Origin: Corallococcus sp. NCRR
GTDB taxonomy: Bacteria > Myxococcota > Myxococcia > Myxococcales > Myxococcaceae
Reading direction: 5' to 3'
NCBI RefSeq assembly: GCF_026965535.1
Contig: NZ_CP114039.1
Span: 8,227,461 to 8,291,460 of the forward strand
DNA length: 64,000 nucleotides
Position numbers and translations under genes: made by a program. Under the pieces are notes generated by a model. It worked only from the letters and a program-made list of their open reading frames with translations, was not told where the DNA came from and made no database searches. Positions 38,901 through 47,449 of this stretch are shown here, piece after piece. Position 1 is the stretch's first letter. Each line of letters begins with the position of its first letter.

Positions 38901-40584
38901 CGAGGAGCGCGACGCGCGCATCGCGGAGCTGGCGGCGCTCAACGCGGCGAAGGACGCGCTGGAGCAGGACCTCACCGGCCAGATTGGCCAGCTGCGCGCG
39001 GACCTGTCGGAGACGCAGGGGCTCTACAACGCGGAGCGCACCGCCCACGCGGCGCTCGCGGAGGAGACCACCGCGCGCATCCACGCCCTCACCGGCGAGC
39101 GCGACAACCTCACCGCGGAGCTGAACGCCACCTCGCAGCAGCTGGCCGACACGCAGGGCCAGCTCGCCAGCACCCAGGACGCGCTGGCCCGCGAGGAGCA
39201 GGCCCACGCGCAGTCCCGCCAGGCCGCCGCCAGCGCCCAGGAGGAGCTTACGCGCCAGCTCACCGAGGCCCAGGCCAACGGCGAGGACCTGGCCGAACAG
39301 CTCATCGTCACCAAGCACGAGCTGGGCACGCGCGTGTCGGAAGTCACGCAGCTGTCCTCCACGCTCGCGCAGACGGAGAACGCGCGGCACCACCTGGAGG
39401 ACCGCCTCCAGACGCTCACCCACGAGTCGCAGCGCCGTGAGGAGCTCCTCCAGAACGAGGTCGACACCAAGGGCAAGGAGCTGTCGGACACGCTCCGCAA
39501 GCTCACGCACGTGACGCAGGAGAAGATGCGTCAGGCGGAGGTGCTCAACCGCGAGGTCACCACCCGCACGGAGCAGGTGAAGCAGCTGGAAGGCCAGCTG
39601 GAGCACCAGGCCTCCGAGGCGAAGAAGCAGGCGGACGCGCTCCACCAGCAGATCGCCAACGTCTCCGGCGAGCTGGACGGCGCGCGCAAGGCCATCGCGG
39701 ACCGCGACGGACAGCTCCAGCAGGCCGCGAACCAGCAGAAGAAGCTCACCAGCGAGCGCGACGGGCTGGCCGGACAGCTCCAGCAGGCCCAGGCCCAGGC
39801 GCAACAGCAGGCCCAGCAGGCCCAGGCCGCCGCCGCCGAGGCGAAGAAGCAGTCGGACAGCCTGGCCGCGAAGCTCGCCCAGGCCGAGCAGCGCATCGCC
39901 CAGCTCTCCCAGGAGGCCCAGAAGTTCGCCGCCGACACGGAGGCGAAGCTCAAGGACTCCCAGGCCCAGCTGCAGGCTCGCACCAAGAAGGCCCAGGACC
40001 TGGAGCTGGCGCTGGAGAACGCCCAGAGCACCCGCGCCCGCGCGGAGAAGGAGCTCAACGCTCGCGTCGCCGCGGCGGAGACCAAGGCCAACGAGGCGGC
40101 CGCCAGGCTCGCCACGGCGCAGAAGGACCGCAAGGACCTGGAGGCCCGTCAGGCCAAGGAGCTGGAGGACCTCAACGCCAAGCAGAAGGCGGAGCTCGAG
40201 CGCCGCGAGGCCATCAAGGCCCAGGAGGTCGCCCGCCTCCAGACGTCCGTCCAGGAGAAGAGCAAGGCGCTCAAGGTCGCCGAGTTGGAGCTGGCCCGCT
40301 ACAAGACCAAGGCCCCGGCCGCCGCCGCACCCGCCGCGAAGGCCAAGGCCACCGAGGAGGAGCACCTGGCCGCCACCGTCCAGGCGAACCCGGTCATCCC
40401 GGCCGCCGCCAAGCCCCCGGCCAAGGCCGCCGCCAAGCCCGCCGCGAAGAAGGCCGCCGCCGCGCCCACCCCCGTCCCCCTGGACGAGGAGGCCCCGGAG
40501 CGCACCATGGTGATGCAGCTGCCCACCGCCCCCGAAGCCGGTGAGGACGACTGGACGGCGCTCGTCGACGAGCTCGACAAGTAG
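35995..40584 (+). CDS. aglZ: AglZ-like gliding-motility protein: N-terminal pseudo-receiver domain plus a ~1400-aa coiled coil with near-identical 28-aa tandem repeats
   Basis: Start at MERRVLIVESQNDFALSMASVLKSAGY (an upstream GTG at 35983 is also in frame). The receiver-like fold lacks the canonical acidic pocket (ESQND and VRAELPDQSG replace DD...D), as in AglZ/FrzS pseudo-receivers. The remainder is heptad-repeat coiled coil. Size and architecture match AglZ (1395 aa in M. xanthus). Confidence 0.55.
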   Translation: MERRVLIVESQNDFALSMASVLKSAGYNTAMATTASDAQRELEKRRPDLVVVRAELPDQSGFALCGQIKKGKWGQNLKVLLLSSDSGVEGLNKHRETPAAADGYLVIPFEMGELASMSAGIVPPGSDESDADLDAALSGTPREAPPPMPGVRTGAPPKLPKRERRSAMTDEDKSFMDRAFSSIADRKAELLAESRQLKRPPPRRELMGTPEGKIQILRDELKTREAQLARLSEIWSVRERELLSVEDRLHEKDVELQGLKMQVDDLLRRFNDAQQSIVQKEREHGATVDDLLLQKFSSEKDLIEVVASKEKDINVLRKEVNLRDEELARRGADLESWRNEFDKLEKHLGVVTLEFEVKEQKLQDTVRANEADILQLRERGDQFESELSRTVSERDQRYAELDGELQALQERLTQTEQERDATVRGLEARATTAEEHASRSDAEIERLNAERAALEQRLTQQVADLESDISRVTGERDQLRLDKDALEQDLTQRVEERDGKLSALDRELQETIARNENSEAELNATIQQHRERIGELEGEVEAVKTHLEDRENELTAELQALQQAKDALEQDLTSQLEDLRAAKDALEADLNGQIQALTEQLDAAQRQGEQLSARVASLEDTVSQRDGTIEGLQTDVSDRDARIAELTGNLEATSQQLSETQSTLSSTEATLAETRGELEATSQQLSETQGTLSNTEATLSETRGELEATSQQLSETQTRLAQTEETLSTTRGELEATSQTLATTESTLAQTQETLARTEATLSETQATLSSTEGTLAETRGELEATSQTLADTQSKLAQTEETLSTTRGELEATSQTLADTQATLSSTEGTLAETRGELEATSQTLTDTQAKLAQTEGTLASTQGELEATSQTLATTESTLAQTQDTLARTEGTLADTQATLSSTEGTLAETRGELEATSQTLTQTQETLESTRADLAKVTQHRDELDAELNETRDILQETNGLLARTTEERDARIAELAALNAAKDALEQDLTGQIGQLRADLSETQGLYNAERTAHAALAEETTARIHALTGERDNLTAELNATSQQLADTQGQLASTQDALAREEQAHAQSRQAAASAQEELTRQLTEAQANGEDLAEQLIVTKHELGTRVSEVTQLSSTLAQTENARHHLEDRLQTLTHESQRREELLQNEVDTKGKELSDTLRKLTHVTQEKMRQAEVLNREVTTRTEQVKQLEGQLEHQASEAKKQADALHQQIANVSGELDGARKAIADRDGQLQQAANQQKKLTSERDGLAGQLQQAQAQAQQQAQQAQAAAAEAKKQSDSLAAKLAQAEQRIAQLSQEAQKFAADTEAKLKDSQAQLQARTKKAQDLELALENAQSTRARAEKELNARVAAAETKANEAAARLATAQKDRKDLEARQAKELEDLNAKQKAELERREAIKAQEVARLQTSVQEKSKALKVAELELARYKTKAPAAAAPAAKAKATEEEHLAATVQANPVIPAAAKPPAKAAAKPAAKKAAAAPTPVPLDEEAPERTMVMQLPTAPEAGEDDWTALVDELDK
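37930..38790. repeat. Intragenic tandem repeat, 84-bp (28-aa, 4-heptad) period, ~10 copies, high identity (ETRGELEATSQTLADTQATLSSTEGTLA)
   Basis: Seen directly in the translated ORF and the DNA. Copies are nearly identical, suggesting recent expansion or concerted evolution. Confidence 0.8.
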
Positions 40585-40609
40585 CCCTCCCCTCCGCTGG
40601 AAACGACAA

Positions 40610-40662
40610 GGGCCCGCGCACTCCCTGGAGTGCCGGGCCCTTCGTCCATCTCAAGGCTTTTT
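40610..40662 (+). terminator. Rho-independent terminator after the aglZ-like gene: GGGCCCGCGCACTCC CTG GAGTGCCGGGCCC followed by TTCGTCCATCTCAAGGCTTTTTCC
   Basis: 13-bp GC-rich stem with one bulge and a T-rich tail, 25 nt after the stop codon. Confidence 0.6.
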
Positions 40663-40671
40663 CCCTGCCGG

Positions 40672-40902
40672 TTACAGCGCCGTGGCGGCCTTCGCCTCAC
40701 GGATGAGGTCCCGGAAGTGCAGCGCGCCCACCACGTCCCGCACCACCGACACCGGCCGGCCCTCTTCCCGAGCCTGCGCCTGCGCCACCCGCCAGCGCTC
40801 CAGCAACGTCCGCGTCGCGATGTACGCCAGCACGAGGGGGAAGCCCCCCGGCATCACCACCACCAGCACCGCCATCGCCAGCTTCAGCCACGCCCACATG
40901 AC
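40672..40902 (-). CDS. Small hypothetical membrane protein (~76 aa, one TM helix); start uncertain
   Basis: The ORF 40672..40977 carries the hydrophobic segment MWAWLKLAMAVLVVVMPGGFPLVLAYIAT. No homology recognised. Confidence 0.3.
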   Translation of the reverse strand, partial: VMWAWLKLAMAVLVVVMPGGFPLVLAYIATRTLLERWRVAQAQAREEGRPVSVVRDVVGALHFRDLIREAKAATAL

Positions 40903-41056
40903 CCGCGACCTCGTCGTCCTGAGATACGCCCGCATAGATGCACGGTGCATGCCCGCGGTGCGAAAATAATTACGCACTCTGATTCCGCAGGTTTACAGCT
41001 CCCACGGCCCTCAAGAGTGCGGACGGCGCCCCCACAACCCTGGCATTTTTGCCGCA

Positions 41057-42031
41057 GTGGCCACGGAACCGTCGGTTAAGTTGACGAGCGTGAGCCCCCC
41101 TCAACTGACTCCGGAGATTCGCTCGTTCACCAGCGTGGAGGACGCGGCGCGTCGCCTGGAGGCGGTGGGCTACCTGTCGTCCCCTGAAATCGCCACGGCG
41201 GTGTTCCTGGCGGACCGCATGGGCAAGCCCATCCTGGTGGAGGGCCCGGCCGGCGTGGGCAAGACGGAGCTGGCCAAGGCCCTGGCCCAGGCACTGGACC
41301 GGACCTTCATCCGGCTCCAGTGCTACGAGGGCCTGGACGAGGCCAAGGCCCTCTACGAGTGGGAGTACGCCAAGCAGCTGCTCTACACCCAGCTGCTCAA
41401 GGACAAGATTGGCGAGCTGACCCAGGGCACGGCCACGCTGTCGGAGGCCGCGGACCGGCTCGCGTCCGGCGACGCGGTGTTCTTCTCCGAGCGCTTCCTC
41501 CTCCCCCGCCCCATCCTCCAGGCCCAGCTGTCGGACACGCCGGCCCTGCTGCTGGTGGACGAAATCGACAAGGCGGATCCGGAGTTCGAGGCCTTCCTGC
41601 TGGAGGTCCTCTCTGACAACGCTGTCACGGTGCCGGAGCTGGGCACCATCCGCGCGAAGCATGTCCCGCGCGTCATCCTCACCAGCAACAACGCCCGGGA
41701 GCTGTCGGACGCGCTCAAGCGCCGCTGCCTGCACCTGCACATCGACTTCCCGGACCGCGAGCGCGAGCTGCGGATCGTCCGCTCGCGCCTGCCGGAGGTC
41801 CCCCAGGTGCTGGCCGAGCAGGTGGTGGAGGCCATCGCCGCCATCCGCGCGCTGGATTTGAAGAAGGCCCCGTCCATCAGCGAGACGCTGGACTGGGCGC
41901 AGAGCCTGGCGCTGCTCAACGCGGAAGCGCTCAGCTCGGACGTCGTCGCCGCCACGCTCAACCTCGTCCTCAAATACGAGGGCGACATCGAGAAGGCCCG
42001 CGCCAACCTGCCGACCATCGCGCAGGCCTGA
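41057..42031 (+). CDS. MoxR-like AAA+ ATPase (CbbQ/NirQ/NorQ/GvpN-type)
   Basis: Walker A VEGPAGVGKTELAKALA, Walker B LLVDEIDKA, and an arginine finger region; GTG start. No VWA partner gene is adjacent. Confidence 0.8.
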   Translation: MATEPSVKLTSVSPPQLTPEIRSFTSVEDAARRLEAVGYLSSPEIATAVFLADRMGKPILVEGPAGVGKTELAKALAQALDRTFIRLQCYEGLDEAKALYEWEYAKQLLYTQLLKDKIGELTQGTATLSEAADRLASGDAVFFSERFLLPRPILQAQLSDTPALLLVDEIDKADPEFEAFLLEVLSDNAVTVPELGTIRAKHVPRVILTSNNARELSDALKRRCLHLHIDFPDRERELRIVRSRLPEVPQVLAEQVVEAIAAIRALDLKKAPSISETLDWAQSLALLNAEALSSDVVAATLNLVLKYEGDIEKARANLPTIAQA

Positions 42032-42145
42032 CGCAAAGCGCCGCGAACGGAGCGTCGATCGTTGGCGTTTCACGCTTTGCGTCCCCAGTGTGCCTGGGTA
42101 CAAGTCCCTGAGCTGTCCCACCCCTAGCCCGAGAGGTACTTCCCG

Positions 42146-43096
42146 ATGAGCTCGACCTCATCCACCGTGCTGCGCGCCGAACACATCTGGCTCGATGGGA
42201 AGCTGATGAAATGGGACGAGGGCAACGTGCACGTGATGACGCACGCCCTCCACTACGGCCTGGGCGTCTTCGAGGGCATCCGCGCCTACAAGACCCATGA
42301 TGGCCGGCTCGCCGTCTTCCGGCTGCGCGAGCACATCCGCCGACTGCTCGACTCCGCGCACATCATCATGCTGCAGATGCCCTACAGCGAAGACGAGCTG
42401 GTGGAGGCCACGCTGGAGCTGCTGCGCAAGCAGAAGGCGCAGTTCGCCAACGGCGCGTACCTGCGCCCGGTGGCCTTCATGGGTGATGGCGCCATGGGCC
42501 TGGGCGCGGTGAACCCCACCCGCGTGGGCATCACCGCCTGGGACTGGGGCGCGTACCTGGGTGACAAGGGCATCAAGGAGGGCATCCGCGCCAAGGTCAG
42601 CTCGTTCACGCGCAACCACGTGAACGTGAACATGGTGCGCGGGAAGATCACCGGCCAGTACGTGAACTCCATCCTCGCCAAGCGCGAGGCGGTGATGGCC
42701 GGCTACGACGAGGCCATCCTCCTGGACGTCAGCGGCTTCGTCGCGGAGGCCTCCGGCGAGAACATCTTCATGGTGAACAAGAAGGGCATCATCAAGACCC
42801 CGCCCCTCTCCTCCCCCGTGCTGGACGGCATCACCCGGGACACGGTGCTGAAGCTCCTGCGCGACGCCGGCCACACCACCATCGAGGAGGTCACCGTCAC
42901 CCGTGACGCCCTCTACATCGCCAACGAGGTCTTCTTCACCGGCACCGCCGCGGAGATCACCCCCGTGCGCGAGGTGGACAACCGCCAGATTGGCGACGGC
43001 AAGCCCGGCCCCATCAGCAAGTTCGTCCAGGACATGTACTTCCGCGTCGTGCGGGGCCAGGAAGCCCGCTATGCGGACTGGCTGACCTACGTTTGA
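42146..43096 (+). CDS. ilvE: Branched-chain amino acid aminotransferase
   Basis: 316 aa with the class-IV PLP aminotransferase fold (EGIRAY, GTAAEITPVREVD). Confidence 0.88.
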   Translation: MSSTSSTVLRAEHIWLDGKLMKWDEGNVHVMTHALHYGLGVFEGIRAYKTHDGRLAVFRLREHIRRLLDSAHIIMLQMPYSEDELVEATLELLRKQKAQFANGAYLRPVAFMGDGAMGLGAVNPTRVGITAWDWGAYLGDKGIKEGIRAKVSSFTRNHVNVNMVRGKITGQYVNSILAKREAVMAGYDEAILLDVSGFVAEASGENIFMVNKKGIIKTPPLSSPVLDGITRDTVLKLLRDAGHTTIEEVTVTRDALYIANEVFFTGTAAEITPVREVDNRQIGDGKPGPISKFVQDMYFRVVRGQEARYADWLTYV

Positions 43097-43155
43097 GGAC
43101 AGTCGGCGGACGTGAAGTCCCGGCGGCCGGGGGAATCGGGTAGAACCCGTACCCG

Positions 43156-44493
43156 ATGCCTCCCGCCGGCTACGCGTACGAAGACAATCCCTTCAAGCTG
43201 GAGAACCCGTCCGTCCTCGACATCGCTCCAGGTGAGCCGAAGTCGCTGGAGGACACGGGACTGAGGATGGGTCTGCTCGCGGACCTGGGCCTCAAGTTCC
43301 TCTACTACGCCGGCACCGGGACGGGCGTGGCCATCGCGGAGAGCATGTGCCTGCCCTGGTCCGGCGTGGTGGAGCACGTGGTGGACTTCCTCGCCGCGGA
43401 GAAGCTCGTGGACCTGCGCGGCGGCAAGGGCTTTGGCCGCGCGTCCGTGGAGTTCGCCCTCACGGAGAAGGGCCGCGAGTACGCGCGCGACGCCCTCACC
43501 CGCTCCACCTACGTGGGCCCGGCCCCCGTGCCCATTGAGCAGTACAACGCGCTCATCAGCAGCCAGACGGAGGAGACGCCCGTCGTGGGCCAGGAGGACC
43601 TGGTCGCCGCCCTGGGCCACCTCACCGTCTCCGCGGAGCTGATGGACAAGCTGGGCCCGGCGGTGAACTCCGGCCGCTCGCTCTTCCTCTACGGCCCGCC
43701 CGGCAACGGCAAGACGAGCCTGGCCGAGGCGATTTCCCACATGTTCGGCGGCGAGGTCTTCGTCCCGCACTGCCTGGAAATCGACAACCAGATCATCAAG
43801 GTCTTCGACCGCATCATCCACACGCCCGTGTCGCTGGAGGTGGGCCGCGACGCCAACGGCCGCCGGCAGACCTTCGAAATGGACAAGCGCTGGTCGCTCT
43901 GCCGGCGCCCCGCGGTGGTGGTGGGCGGCGAGCTGACGCTGGAGACCCTGGACCTCATCTACTCGGAGAGCACCCGCTTCTACGAGGCGCCGTTCCAGGT
44001 GAAGGCCAACGGGGGCATGCTCCTCATCGACGACTTCGGCCGCCAGAAGGTCCACCCCACGGACCTGCTCAACCGGTGGATCGTCCCCCTGGAGAAGCGG
44101 GTGGACTTCCTCACCCTGCACACCGGCAAGAAGTTCGAGATCCCCTTCGATCAGCTGCTCGTCTTCTCCACCAACCTGGACCCCAAGGAGCTGGTGGACG
44201 AGGCCTTCCTGCGGCGCATCAAGTACAAGATTGAAGTGGGCAATCCGGACGAGGAGTCCTACCGGGAGATCTTCCGCCGGGTCTGCGAAGCGGCGGGCAT
44301 CCCCTACGTGGACCAGGCCATCACCTACCTGGTGGAGCACTACTACAAGCCGCGCAGCATGGAGATGCGCTCCTGCCACCCCCGCGACCTCGTGTCGCTC
44401 ATCCGGGACGCCGCCCGATACCGGCAAATCCCGCCAGCCCTTTCAAAAGATCTGCTGGATCAGGCCTGCGAAGTGTTCCTGGTGAATCTGTAG
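43156..44493 (+). CDS. Uncharacterised P-loop AAA+ ATPase with ~170-aa N-terminal (winged-helix-like) domain; Walker B of hhhhDDFG type (DnaC/IstB-like)
   Basis: Walker A LFLYGPPGNGKTSLAEAI, Walker B GGMLLIDDFGRQ, sensor-1 LVFSTN, and C-terminal arginines (LRRIKYKIEV). Confidence 0.65.
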   Translation: MPPAGYAYEDNPFKLENPSVLDIAPGEPKSLEDTGLRMGLLADLGLKFLYYAGTGTGVAIAESMCLPWSGVVEHVVDFLAAEKLVDLRGGKGFGRASVEFALTEKGREYARDALTRSTYVGPAPVPIEQYNALISSQTEETPVVGQEDLVAALGHLTVSAELMDKLGPAVNSGRSLFLYGPPGNGKTSLAEAISHMFGGEVFVPHCLEIDNQIIKVFDRIIHTPVSLEVGRDANGRRQTFEMDKRWSLCRRPAVVVGGELTLETLDLIYSESTRFYEAPFQVKANGGMLLIDDFGRQKVHPTDLLNRWIVPLEKRVDFLTLHTGKKFEIPFDQLLVFSTNLDPKELVDEAFLRRIKYKIEVGNPDEESYREIFRRVCEAAGIPYVDQAITYLVEHYYKPRSMEMRSCHPRDLVSLIRDAARYRQIPPALSKDLLDQACEVFLVNL

Positions 44494-44613
44494 TCAGGTT
44501 TTATTTGTTCCAACCGCGCGGAATTTCTAGACTCTCCGTGCCGTTGTACCTCCCGGCGCAGCCTCTGGGAACCAGCGCCCGGGGCGGGCCGGGGCGAGAA
44601 GGAGCCGCAGTCC

Positions 44614-45453
44614 GTGAAGGAACGCTACCAGGACATCGACGAGAAGAACGAGCAGCTGCGCGAGTACCTTGAGATCTACAAGGGCAAGCCGCCTGCGCGT
44701 GAGTACCTCGACCGCTTCGAGATGTCGTGGATCTACCACGACGCCGCGCTCGAAGGCGTCGTGTACACGCACCAGGAGCTGATGGCCGCGCTCTTCCCGG
44801 AGCGCACCGCGGCCGAAGCCTCCATGATCCCGGTGGTGCTGGAGATCCGCAACCACAAGGCCGTGGCGGACTACATCCGCGAAGAGGCCGCGGGCGCGAA
44901 GAAGCAGTCCGCGCTCACGCTCACCACCATCAAGCGGATGCACGACCTCTTCCTGGGCAACACGCCGGAAGCGCTGGCCGAGCGTGCGCGCATGGAGCGC
45001 CGCGAGCGCACGGAGAAGGAGCTGGCCAAGGAGCGCGACCGCGCGGGGCTGCGCAAGGACATGCCCCTGCACCGCACCTACTTCCACGACATCACCCAGC
45101 CCGCGAAGATCCAGGCCCGGCTGGAGAAGCTCGTGGACCACACCGCCAGCGCGGAGTTCCGCGAGTTCCACCCGATCAAACAGGCGGCGGTGGTGCAGCA
45201 CGAGTTCCTGCAGATCTTCCCCTTCACCGAGCACAGCGGGAAGGTGGGGCGCATGTGCAGCAACCTCATCCTGCTGCGCAACGGCTACATGCCCGCGGTC
45301 ATCCACTCCATCGACCGGCAGCGCTACTACGAGTCCTTCCGCGCGCCCGTGGCCACGTTCCGCACGGTGCTGATGGACGCGATGGAGAACTCGTTGGACA
45401 ACGGCGTGAAGTACTTCCGCGACCTCGGCCGCAAGTACAAGACCGTCGAGTAG
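44614..45453 (+). CDS. Fic-fold (Fido) protein with degenerate active-site motif (pseudo-Fic)
   Basis: GTG start with a GAAGGAG RBS. The sequence aligns to the Fic core, but HPFx[DE]GNGR is replaced by FPFTEHSGKVGR: the catalytic His is Phe and the GNG is SGK. The flanking NLILLRNGYMPAVI block is conserved. Confidence 0.65.
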   Translation: MKERYQDIDEKNEQLREYLEIYKGKPPAREYLDRFEMSWIYHDAALEGVVYTHQELMAALFPERTAAEASMIPVVLEIRNHKAVADYIREEAAGAKKQSALTLTTIKRMHDLFLGNTPEALAERARMERRERTEKELAKERDRAGLRKDMPLHRTYFHDITQPAKIQARLEKLVDHTASAEFREFHPIKQAAVVQHEFLQIFPFTEHSGKVGRMCSNLILLRNGYMPAVIHSIDRQRYYESFRAPVATFRTVLMDAMENSLDNGVKYFRDLGRKYKTVE

Positions 45454-45480
45454 CGGCCGAAGAGGGACGAAGTCGAAGCC

Positions 45481-46314
45481 GTGCGCATCGGGGCTCATGA
45501 ATCCATCGCCGGAGGCGTGAGTCAGGCCTTCCAGCGAGCCGAAGCGCACGGCGCCCGCGCCCTGCAGATCTTCACGAAGAACGCGCGGGGCTGGAGCGCC
45601 CCCGCCCTGACGGACGCGGAGGCCCAGGCCTTCCGCGCCGAGGCCCGCCGCACGGGCCTCCCCGTCATCGCCCACGGCAGCTACCTGGTGAACCTGGCCG
45701 GTGAGGCGCCGGAGGCCCGTGAGAAGTCGCTCGCGTGCGTCGCCGAGGAGCTCACCCGCTGCGAGCGCCTGGGCATCCCGCTGCTCATCCTCCACCCCGG
45801 CTCCCACCCGGACGAAGCGCGGGGCCTGCACCTCATCGCCGAAGGGCTGGACGAGGTGCACCGCCGCTGCCCCGGCTACACCGCCCGCGTCTGCCTGGAG
45901 GTGACCGCGGGCCAGGGCAACGCGCTGGGCTGGCGCTTCGAGCACCTGGAGGAGCTGCTCTCACGCGTCGCGGACGAAGCGCGGCTGGCGGTGTGCCTGG
46001 ACACATGCCACCTCTTCGCGGCCGGGTACGACCTGCGGACGCCGAACGGCTACGCGGCGGTGATGGACGAGTGCGACCGGCGCGTGGGCCTGCACCGGGT
46101 GCGCGCCTTCCACCTCAACGATTGCAAGAAAGACCTGGGTTGCCGGGTAGACCGGCACGAGGAACCGGGCAAGGGGGCGATCGGACTGACGGCCTTCCGC
46201 TGCCTCATGAAGGACGCGCGGTTCGTCGACACCATTGGGGTGTTGGAAACACCCTTTCCGGAACGTTACGGGGAGAACATCCGACTTCTCGAATCCCTGT
46301 GCCGGAGGAAGTAA
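45481..46314 (+). CDS. nfo: Endonuclease IV (AP endonuclease, Xyl_isomerase-like TIM barrel)
   Basis: 277 aa starting at a GTG, MRIGAHESIAGG, with conserved His/Asp/Glu metal ligands (HGSYLVNL, LHPGSH, CLDTCH). Confidence 0.88.
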   Translation: MRIGAHESIAGGVSQAFQRAEAHGARALQIFTKNARGWSAPALTDAEAQAFRAEARRTGLPVIAHGSYLVNLAGEAPEAREKSLACVAEELTRCERLGIPLLILHPGSHPDEARGLHLIAEGLDEVHRRCPGYTARVCLEVTAGQGNALGWRFEHLEELLSRVADEARLAVCLDTCHLFAAGYDLRTPNGYAAVMDECDRRVGLHRVRAFHLNDCKKDLGCRVDRHEEPGKGAIGLTAFRCLMKDARFVDTIGVLETPFPERYGENIRLLESLCRRK

Positions 46315-46327
46315 AAGAAGAGTCCCC

Positions 46328-47449
46328 ATGCCTGTCACCCCATCCCTCCAAAGCCGCCGCGCCCAGTTGCCTGCCGGGAGCGAGCTCACGGAGCCTCCGC
46401 CAGCGCGGTTGGCTAAGCTGCCCGCCACCGACAAGCTGGCCCGCCTGCTCCAGGTGGCCAAGGGTCACCGCCGGGCGCTCATCCTCACGCACGACAACCC
46501 GGACCCCGATTCCATGGCGGCGGCGGTGTCGCTCGCGCATCTGCTGGAGCGCAAGGCCGGCCTCGAGGCCCACGTGGGCTACGGCGGCATCATCGGCCGG
46601 GCGGAGAACGTCGCCTTCGTGCGCGTGCTGAAGCTGCCGGTGTCGCACGTGTCGCAGATCGACTTCAGCCAGTACGACCTCTTCGGCCTGGTGGACACGC
46701 AGCCGCCGGTGAGGAACCACTCGCTGCCGGCGCGCTACCGCGCGGACCTGGTGGTGGACCACCACCCGCTGCGCGAGGAGAGCCTGCTGGCCCCCTTCGC
46801 GGACGTGGGCGGCGACTTCGGCGCCACCTCCACCATGCTGGTGGAGTACCTGCGGGCCGCCCGGCTGGAGCCGTCCGTGGAGATCGCCACCGCGCTCTTC
46901 TACGGCATCAAGGCGGACACGCGGGACCTGGGCCGTGAGACGACCCAGACGGACGTGGACAGCTACCTGTGGCTGTTCCCCCGCTGTGACAAGCAGCTCC
47001 TGGGACAGATTGAGCACCCGGAGCTGCCGGCGCGCTTCTTCCAGCTGTTCCACACGTCCATCGAGAAGGCGAAGGTCTACGGCACCGCCATCATCACCGA
47101 CCTGGAGGAGGTCTACTCCCCGGACCTGGTGGCGGAGGTCGCCGAGCGGATGATGTACCTGGAAGGGATGAAGTGGTCCCTGGCCTACGGGACGTACCGC
47201 AACCAGCTCTTCCTCAGCCTGCGCGTGAAGGACCGGCGCATGAACGCGGGCCGCCTCATCCGCGAGCTGTGCGAGGACCTGGGCGGCTCGTCCGGCGGCC
47301 ACGGCAGCATGGCGGGCGCGCGGCTGCCCCTGTCCGGCAGCGCGAACAAGCGCAAGGCGCTCAAGCGCGAGGTGGTGTCGCGCTTCCTCGAAGCCTTCGG
47401 CGTCTCCGAGGAGCGGCCGAAGTCGCTGCTGTCCGCGCAGGACACGTGA
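46328..47449 (+). CDS. nrnA: DHH-family phosphoesterase (NrnA-like oligoribonuclease / pAp phosphatase)
   Basis: Start at MPVTPSL with the DHH motifs (ILTHDNPDPDS, VVDHHP) and a DHHA1 C-terminal GGHxxAAG-like block (GGSSGGHGSMAGA). Confidence 0.8.
   Translation: MPVTPSLQSRRAQLPAGSELTEPPPARLAKLPATDKLARLLQVAKGHRRALILTHDNPDPDSMAAAVSLAHLLERKAGLEAHVGYGGIIGRAENVAFVRVLKLPVSHVSQIDFSQYDLFGLVDTQPPVRNHSLPARYRADLVVDHHPLREESLLAPFADVGGDFGATSTMLVEYLRAARLEPSVEIATALFYGIKADTRDLGRETTQTDVDSYLWLFPRCDKQLLGQIEHPELPARFFQLFHTSIEKAKVYGTAIITDLEEVYSPDLVAEVAERMMYLEGMKWSLAYGTYRNQLFLSLRVKDRRMNAGRLIRELCEDLGGSSGGHGSMAGARLPLSGSANKRKALKREVVSRFLEAFGVSEERPKSLLSAQDT

Noticed and set aside
36100-40365. 1421-aa minus-strand ORF
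   Set aside because: It is antisense to the aglZ-like coiled-coil gene. A repetitive sense sequence keeps the antisense frame open. The product is Leu/Gly/Arg-rich with no domains.
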